Origin: Candidatus Omnitrophota bacterium
GTDB taxonomy: Bacteria; Omnitrophota; Omnitrophia; Omnitrophales; Aquincolibacteriaceae
DNA: 64,000 nt
Assembly (NCBI GenBank): GCA_043732705.1
Contig: JAYTHE010000029.1
Location: 70,445-134,444 of the forward strand
Direction of reading: 5' to 3'
Position numbers and translations under genes: made by a program. Below the pieces are notes generated by a model, which saw nothing but the letters and a program-made list of their open reading frames with translations, was not told the DNA's origin and ran no database searches. Below are positions 53,833 to 62,800 of the stretch, in pieces (position 1 is the stretch's first letter; every line of letters starts with the position of its first letter).

Positions 53833-56800
53833 TTAAGCAGCAGAAAGCGTTAATTGGACGCCAAAGATTTGGGCTGCCAGGGCATCCAAGCCCACACTGT
53901 GAAACAGTTTGGCAATACCTTGGTCCGTGAGAATTCGATAGTCACCCATTTGCCGTAGTAAAGTAACCGTCTCAGAAGAATCATCCTGGCTCATCAAAGC
54001 TGAACGACGCGCATATTTTCCATGCGTTTGTGCGGCTAAGTCTTGCGGACTGACAAAGACCAGGCCTTGTCCCTTGAACCCTTTCGCCTCGATTAAATTT
54101 TTGAATTCCAGCCGTTGCTGTTCGTTTTCAGCATAAATCGCAAACAGTTTATCGCCCAATACTCGTTTATCTTGTAAGAATCCCTTTTGATGCACAAGTG
54201 CAGGACTTAAAACAACCAAATCCGCCGGTGATTTCATAATTTTATCCATAACAGTCGGCAACACCGGAGCACCAAAATATTGCCCATAAAACCTACTAAA
54301 CTCGGAACGCGTCATAGTATTAACAAATGACACTGAAAAAATATTCCTAGCCATTCTGGTGACTTCAATCTGAGATTGCGGCGAAACTATCAGTTCTTTT
54401 GTCCGCATTTCCGAGCGTAGCACTTTATCGGCAGCAACTGCGTTGTCTGGCAAATTCCACCTATAAATTAGTTCACGAATAAGAATACGATTGACCATTG
54501 ACTGCCTTGAAAATTCACGCTGCTGGCCTGGGTTTTTGACTTGTCTCATCAAAGTGAGCGACAACTCTCTGCTGAATGGATTAACAACGTGGTGCACAAG
54601 ACCCATTGCACCATCTTCACTCATTCTATTAAGAACCTCTTCGAGAGATATTCCTCGAAGATCTTGCATTGTTTTCAGCAAAGTCTGAACCTCTTGATCA
54701 TTCAAAAGCTCCGTATTTTTCATGCCATGAAAACGATCCGCCAATGTTTTTTCATCGTCGGAGCCATAAATCCATTGATCTCGAGCCACCAACGAATCTA
54801 AATATTTAGAAAAATTAAACTCCGTTTTTCTTTTTTCTTTTGCATCCCAAGCAAAAAATGATTTTGTTGTAAATGTTGTGTCTCGAGAAGCCGCTTTTAA
54901 GCGTGCCAAAACTAAAGAGAAACTTTGATCTTCGCTGTTTCTCAAAACCTCTTGCGATTCGGAGCGTGGAACGGTCACAGCTGGCGCAGTTTTTATTTCA
55001 AGTGGTTCAATAAAGCCGGTTTGCAAGCTATCACCACTTGGTATCACATGAACTAAAAATCCTTTGCGGGCTCCATCGCTAGCTAGATTTTCTTTCAACT
55101 GCATTTTTAAATTGCCTTTCACACCACTTTTTAGTTTGATTTCTACTGCCTCCTGGTCAACGCTATTGATTTTGATACGAACCAATTTCAAAATCTTTCC
55201 GGTATGGCTCAAATCTTTCCTTTGATCACGCTCAAGCTCTGCTGTAAAAGAAACTTCGAAGCGCGCAGCTTGGGTCCGCACTCCCGGGATAATTCCAAAT
55301 TGATAAATGCCGCTAACCTTAACACGTTTTCCAGGACGAAATAGTCCGCGGCTCGCTACTTGATTATGTAACTCTTCATCACGCGAATTATCGGGGCGCA
55401 AAGTCATAACAACACCAAATCTGTCCGGCGGTTCGCCTCTCGGTCCTTCTCCGTCCCGCGCTTCTGAACGGACACGCTTTGCAATAGCTCTTTTTATTTT
55501 TCCGAATAAAACTTTCCCATCTGGCGATGCAAGATAATGCAAGGTATGCGAATATTCTCCGGGATGTTTCCAAATATCAGTCTCAAAAAAATTAACGGAC
55601 ACGAGGTGAAACTCTTCGATTTCGTTAAGATTGTAATTTTCTTTTATTTTTTTCAACTCGGCATCAGAAACAAAATATAAATACGCCGTTGTAAACTCGC
55701 GATTGACCCCGTCTTCAAGATCATATTCACGATATATACCATTTTGTTTAGTAAGCGGAATGAACCGGTCTGAGTCAATACGAATACCCACTTCCTCTTC
55801 CGCTTCGCGGCCTGCGGCCGCAATCGGCAATTCGCCGAAATCAACATGGCCGTTCACCGAAACCTGCCATTTCCCCTTGGACGAAGCTTTATTCTGACTG
55901 CGTTTTTGAAACAACAATCTTCCTTTTGAGTCTACAAAATAAATATGTGCCGACATGTGATAAAAACCCTTTTTATGCGCCTCGTCTTTCTTTGCTTTGC
56001 GCCCGGAAAGAATATTGCCATGCTTGTCAGTTAAAGCCACCCCTTCAACGGCTTCGCTTGACTCCACCCCCATTTTTCCGCCCTTTAAAATTAAAACATC
56101 CTGCCGCATTTCGGAGCGCGGTGCTGCAAGCCCTTGGCTCGTGAAACCTTCCTGTCTTACGCTCTTTTCTGGTCTCACCTCAGACGGAGGAAGAATGAGA
56201 TCCGCGGGTTCTGCTTGCCGCAATAAATCAAATTGCTGCAGCGCATCCATCAACCCTTGAAATAAACTTTCTTCCTTTTTTTCTTCGGCGCTTAACGCTT
56301 CCATTTGCTGCCGAAAAGCACGGATTTTTTCTTCGACCTGGCGCTGTGCTTCTAAATCGGCTTTGTAGTCTTCATAATCGGCGCGGCCATGCAGATTTTC
56401 GATCATTCGGTTTTGATAATAATCCCGCTGCCATTGCAACTCAGACAGAGAGCCTTCTTTTGGGGCCGCTTGCCTTGCTTGAGTAGATTTTTCTGATTCA
56501 GTCATGTGTTTACGTACCGCTGCCTTTAATGCTTCTTGCCTTTGGTTTGTGAAATTAATATGAAACGGCCCACGAAGAGCTAGGTGACGGACCAAATCTA
56601 AATATTCAACTGTTTCATCCGACAAAGACCGCAGCCAATCTGCGATTCGTTTAAGTCTGGGCAAAGTGTCTTGCAGGAGAGGTTCAAACGAGTCAACCGG
56701 AAAAAATCCACGATTCATATAAGGTGTGGCAAAAAGCGTTGGCTGTCCGACCTTATTTAAAGCAAAGAATACGCCCCGCCCAAACTCGTCTTCTTTCCAC

Positions 56801-59800
56801 AGAGGTACATGGCTGCGAAGCCATTGCGCCGTGTTACGAATCGAAAAATAATTTTTTTTCAACCAACTATTAAGTAATTCAAACTCATGCTGATAAATGT
56901 CAGCCGCTAAAAATTCAAACCATACCGCTCGTCCTCCTTTAAATTGAAACGCATGGTTGTTTGAGCGATGCGCAGAGAAAACAACTTCCCATAAAGGCAT
57001 CAAACAAGCTTGCAGCAGCTGCCCGTCTGCCAATAATCCTTTTGCGGCAATTTGGAACGCAGTCATCGCGGGATTCGCCGTAAGAGCAGCGAATGCCCCT
57101 ATTAAATTTTGCATAAAAATTCGCCGCGTTTGGGAACGATCTAAATAATCTGCCGTGTGCAAAAACAAATCCTCCGCTAGCATCGGAATGCTTTCCACGA
57201 AACGCTGCGGCGACACAATTCGCCGCGCAGGTTCGTTTGCATTCTCGGCCTTTATTTTTTCAAAAACGGGCTGCCAATACGCAAACGCAAAGGGCTGTTT
57301 TGAAAGAAACTCTGAAAATTCTTCCGCAAGAGCGTCCTTCACTTCAAGCTTGGGCATTTTGAAACGCAGCCATTTCACTAAAAACTTGTTTTCTTCCCTT
57401 TGAATTTTTTCATGAATAAACCTTTCCGCGAGCTTAAGCAATGCCTGTTTATTCCCGACATCATCTCCCCCAACAATCAGCTCATTACGCATTTCGGAGC
57501 GTGCCATTTCCCGGTAAAGCGCAAAATGCTTTTCGGCATTCGCTTGCTGCGAAAAACTTTGAACTGCAAAAGCGCGCCCCGCTTTCCCCATAGCTCTGCG
57601 TTTTTCCGGATGATCCGCCAAATCCAAAATTGCTTCGGCCATCGCTTCTCTATCGCCTTGCTTCACAAAAACTCCCGCATCCGGGCTCAACGCTTGATCA
57701 ACGCCTTCGGCCTCATAGCTCACAACCGGAACTTCCATCGCTCCCGCCTCGATCGCCATCAATCCCAAAGATTCATAGCGCGTCGGAAACACGACTAAAT
57801 CGCTTGCGCGATAACCTTCGCGCACTACCGTTGGCGATCCCGCCGGCAGTATTTGAAAACAATCTTCTAAGTTTTCTCTTCTGATCCCTACAGCAACCGC
57901 GAGATTAATCTCACGGTTTTCATCTTGAGGCCCCATCAATACAAACTGGAATTTAAAATCAGGCCGCTTCTCCCTCAAAATTCTGGCGACTTCAATCAAT
58001 TCTGGCTGGTTTTTTTGTTTGCTGAACCGTGCAGGATAGAAAATCATGAATCGGTCTTTTTTATCGCCCAACATCTTTTCTCTGGCTTTCGCGCGATCTA
58101 CTTTTGCCGGATCTTCAAAATCAGTATCAATGCTGGCTTTGATTAAACGGGTCCTTGAGTCCCGCAATCGCGGAAGAGCAACGGTCGTATACCCGACCAA
58201 AACAGGCACAAGCCATGGCGCGGCCAAATTAAAAATCAAACGGATAACCCATTTAAGCGGCCAAAACCAACGCGCTTTGCCGGCATATAATCGATAAGGC
58301 ATATGATTGGTCGTCACAACCGGGATGCGCTTAATCCCAAAAAGCGCAAAATCAAAAGGCGAGTTCATTTGATGTGAATGAATCACATCGACAGGCTCAG
58401 ATCGCGCAATCTCAGAAACAACCGCGCGGATTTTTTTCATCCATCGAAAATCTCCCAATGGAGTATTGGGATAAGATTCAAAATCAGAAATCGGATGAAA
58501 AATCAATGTCCCTTGACCGTGTTTGAGTTCACCCCCTACTGTGTTGGCTTTTTCGGCGCGGTAAACAATATGAATGCGCACGGGATAACGCCGCGTCAGC
58601 TCTTCGTTAAGGCGGTGCACATAAGTCATCATGCCACCTTTGCGTAAAATTTCCCAATCCATGACCTGAACAATTGTCAGTTCGCGAACGGACGAACCTG
58701 CTCTCCGCATTTCGGAGCGGGCGTCCCATTTTTTTCGAAATTCAATCCATGGCTGAAACTGATTGAATTCAAAATGATCGGGAGCGGCGTCCACCCCGCT
58801 TGCTAAGCTCTGAACGGCAGCAATATCACGCCGGTTGGAATGTCCCGAATCCGCGTCCATTGTCCCTTCGATTAAATCAATAATCGCTTTAAAGCTTAAA
58901 TTTGAATTATCCAAATCAATCCAAAACTCGGTTTTGTAATTTGTCATTTCATCGCTCTGATTACCAACTTGAATCCCACGGCGACCATAACGATCGATTA
59001 GTATTCTTTGTTGTTCGGTGGGCAGTCCTGATGAACGGTAATAACTTTCAACTTCTACTTTCGGCTTAATTACATAACTAAACTCATATGCTGAGGGACC
59101 AAAACCGGTCACAATTTCATCGGTATTCAATAGTAGGTTTAACTCCCTAAAAAAATCTTTAACTGCTCCTTCGGTGATCCGTGATTCGGAACGACGATCA
59201 GAAGCTTTTTGATATTTCCAGCGAATTGCATGATCACGCGACACATTGATTAATTTACCTTCCGGCCGGCCTTGTGTATTAAGCAATTTCACCGGAATCA
59301 TTTCCGGCCCGCCGGCTGTGTCTTCTGAAACTTCCAGAACGATGAGTGCATCCACAGTGCCAATAATGATGCGGTCACCCATTTTAAAATCAGTATCAGC
59401 CTCTATATTATAAACGGGGCTATCAGACAAAAATCCATACCGTGATCGTTTAGTAAGAAAACTTATCTTTTCAATTTGGGCCGATGAGCTGTAATCCGCA
59501 TTGCTTTTTTGAGCGCGCGTATCACGATGCAAAAAAAGCAATCGATGCTCAGCGACTGACTTACGGCCTTGGCGCTGATAGGGATTTTCAAGATACCACT
59601 TCGCTAATTTTCTCTGCGGTTCAAGGCTCAGATTTTGAGCCGCCCAAGCAAGCGCGTTATCACGCGCCTTGCGGTCCGCGGGAGAAAACATCTGACCCAA
59701 ATAAATTGCCTCTAAAAGAATTTCAATATACGCAACTGACCAATGATTGTTACGTTTCGCATTTTTCCAAACCTCATCTTTCAGCGGCTTCAATTCATCA

Positions 59801-62800
59801 AAAAGGAATTGAATCGCCTTTTTCCCGCCTGCAAAAGACTGCATCAATGTCCAAGCCCACTTGTCTTCATAATAATCTTCAAGACTTACTACTTTAGACG
59901 GAATAGAAAATTCTAAAATCGCATCCGCGAACGAAAGCGCCTGTTGCGAGATTTGAAACGCAGGACTCATTGCTATTCCGGAGGTAAGATTTGAAGTAAT
60001 CGCTGACAACAAAGCCGTGCGGTCTTTTTTTAAAAATATTTTTTCAAATTTTCTGATGTTTGCTGCCTGTTCAGGAAAAGTTTTTTTAACTCGTTCTATA
60101 TAAGCCCAGTCAACATCACGCATTTCGGAACGACTCACCACACCAGATCTCGGATCTAACGAAACAGATCCGGGATCTGGGGGGGCCAACCGCATTTCGG
60201 AGCGGTCGTTTTGTTTTTTGGAAAGTGATTTGATTTCGTTCCATCGCGGCGGTCGGTTAATAAGGTTCGCAGCAATTGCGGCGAGTCCGTACCCTATAAA
60301 ATCTTTGGGGTCATAAGTCGTCCAAATAAATGCGCTTGGTAGCTGCACATATTTAGTCATTAACTCTTCGAGAGCAAACACAAGCGGAACTCCAACATTC
60401 GAAAGCAATAAGGCTGTCCGCAAATCGGCAAGCCATCCTTTATAAACGAAAATAATTGCGGTCACGCCATACCCAAACAAACTGCACGAAAGAGGGAACA
60501 ATAAATCCGGCAGCCAATCGAGCCATGTCCAATAATTTTCTTTCCCGATCGTTTGGGATCGAAGAACAAGAAGCATCTGATCCCACATTAAAAACGCTCC
60601 GCCGAAGCCCAACATCTTGATTGCATGGCTCAACTGGGTCGAAAAAAGCGCGCGACTCACCGAACTAGATCCCGGATCTAACGGAACAGATCCGGGATCT
60701 GGGGGGGCCAACCGCATTTCGGAACGGGTCCTTTGTTCTTTAAAAAGAGCTTTGATTTCGTTCCATCGCGGTGGCCGGTTAATAAGGTTCGCGGCAATTG
60801 CGGCGAGTCCGTACCCTATAAAATCTTTGGGGTCATAAGCTGTTCCAAGACCCCATTCCGGAACAGGCACCCACTTCGTCACGAGTTCTTCGATCGCAAA
60901 GGCAACTGGAACTCCAATGTTCGTAAGCAATAAGATAGCCCGTAAATCAGCGACCCATCCTTTAAATAAGGCAAAAATGGCTCCCCCGCTATATCCAATT
61001 AAGCTACAACTAAGAGGCACAAATAAATCTGGCAACCAATCAAGCCATGTCCAATAGTTTTCTCTCCCTATCGTTTGGCGCCGTAGCAAGCAAAGCGCTT
61101 CATCGAACACAAAAATGAGCCCACCCCACGTCATCATCCGAATGGCATGTTTAAGTTGCGCAATCGAAAGAGAGCGAATATCTTTGGCTTCTCCTTTGCT
61201 CGGTTTTTTACGCGATTCGGAACGAACGAAGCCGGGTGATGTGATTGAATCTAACCCTCTTATTTCTGATCGGAACTGATAAGCCGTAATGAGCTGCTGC
61301 ATCTGTTCGCCGGGACTTAGTTGTCCGGCCAGTATATTTAAAAATTGTCTTTCGCTTGCATGAAGTTTGTTCAACTCCGCATAAGCCTTTTGCGCCCATT
61401 CCTCGACTGTCCCCGGACTCTCCGCTAAATGAATCTCTCTTAGGGCAGCCTCCGCTCTTATAACCGCATCAATTTGTTTCAATGCGTACGCATGCGAAAA
61501 TTCGGACTCAGAGTGTCCAATCGCGGCCCCTTCGTCTTGTAGCAAATGGAGAATCGCGCGGACCACTGGTAACCTTGCCCATCCGTCCAGGATCTCTTGG
61601 ATGCCGGAAGCGTACACATACCATCGGATGTCACTTTCTGACCAATCCGCACTGCCGGTCCAATCTTTAAACCACTGCCTTAGAAGGTCGTAGCCGTCGG
61701 GGTTGATTTTAAAACCCAGTCCATATTCTGACTGGGTCTCCGGAAAATCAGTTTCGGCTTCGGCAGGTAATTTACTGCGATAGAGCGCGACAGCATCCAA
61801 TATTTTTTTCCGCAATTTTAAATCACCAAGCGCCTCCTCGGCTTTTCGTTTCTGGAGATCTTTTTTAACTTCAGCCGCATACAGTTTTCTATCTTGTTCG
61901 ACCTGCCTGACGTTTACGCAAATACTCACAACAATTCCGGTTTCAGCATGAAGGTAATAGATGCGCCCACCATCTTTTGAAAGCGCGATTTTTTTCCAAA
62001 TATGTCCGTTCGTTTTAAATATTTTTGCGCGCTCCAGACTTTTCACAACCCATAAATTGCCAAAAGATTGGGGCATGTTTTTCGATTGGTTTTGTATTGA
62101 TCCGGAAATAAATTCCCCTTCCTTTATAAACTCACCGGTATCATCCGCTTTGATTTTTAATTCCTGTAATTTTCCTGAAAAAACAGGCGTCTGGACCGTG
62201 GGCAAATAACCAATATAAGTGATTTGCATCATCCCAATACCGGCCGGCCACAAACCATATTTTTGCCCCGCGGCCGCTTGATGCTGAGTTAACGCCGCTA
62301 AAAGCTGCGGGCTAACAAGAGCGGGCGAGGCCGAATTTTCCAATTTCCAATCACGCATTTGCGGTAAAAAGTGATACAGCCGATCCGAGTTTTGGCCTTG
62401 CATGTAAAGATGCACAAGCAAAGTGCGATAAACCAACAAGTCTTGTGCGGATAATTGGTTTAAATCATGCGGATGCCAGCCTGTCGGGTACATGGCATAC
62501 AAAGCAAAGATTTTGGGATCGGTCCGAGTCCAGGTTAAATCATTTGATTGAACGGCAAATCGAAGACGTTTATAGCCTGAAAGATCGGGCCGGCCCGCAT
62601 AAGACTGCATTTCATTTAAAATGGCCAAAACTTGCTTTCTTTTGGGTTCATCCAACTTTTCAAAAAGGTCAATTCCAAACAAGCCTATTTTTAATCTCTT
62701 CAGAATTTCTACGGAATCAAAATGAGTTTGATTATTAAATATGGTTTGCAACTCATGGGCGCGCTCTTCCGGATAAGCCGTGACATACTGCCGCACTTCA

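Noticed and set aside
60140-61150. Diversity-generating retroelement TR/VR pair
   Set aside because: Differences are not adenine-specific, both copies are coding in one frame and no reverse transcriptase is present.
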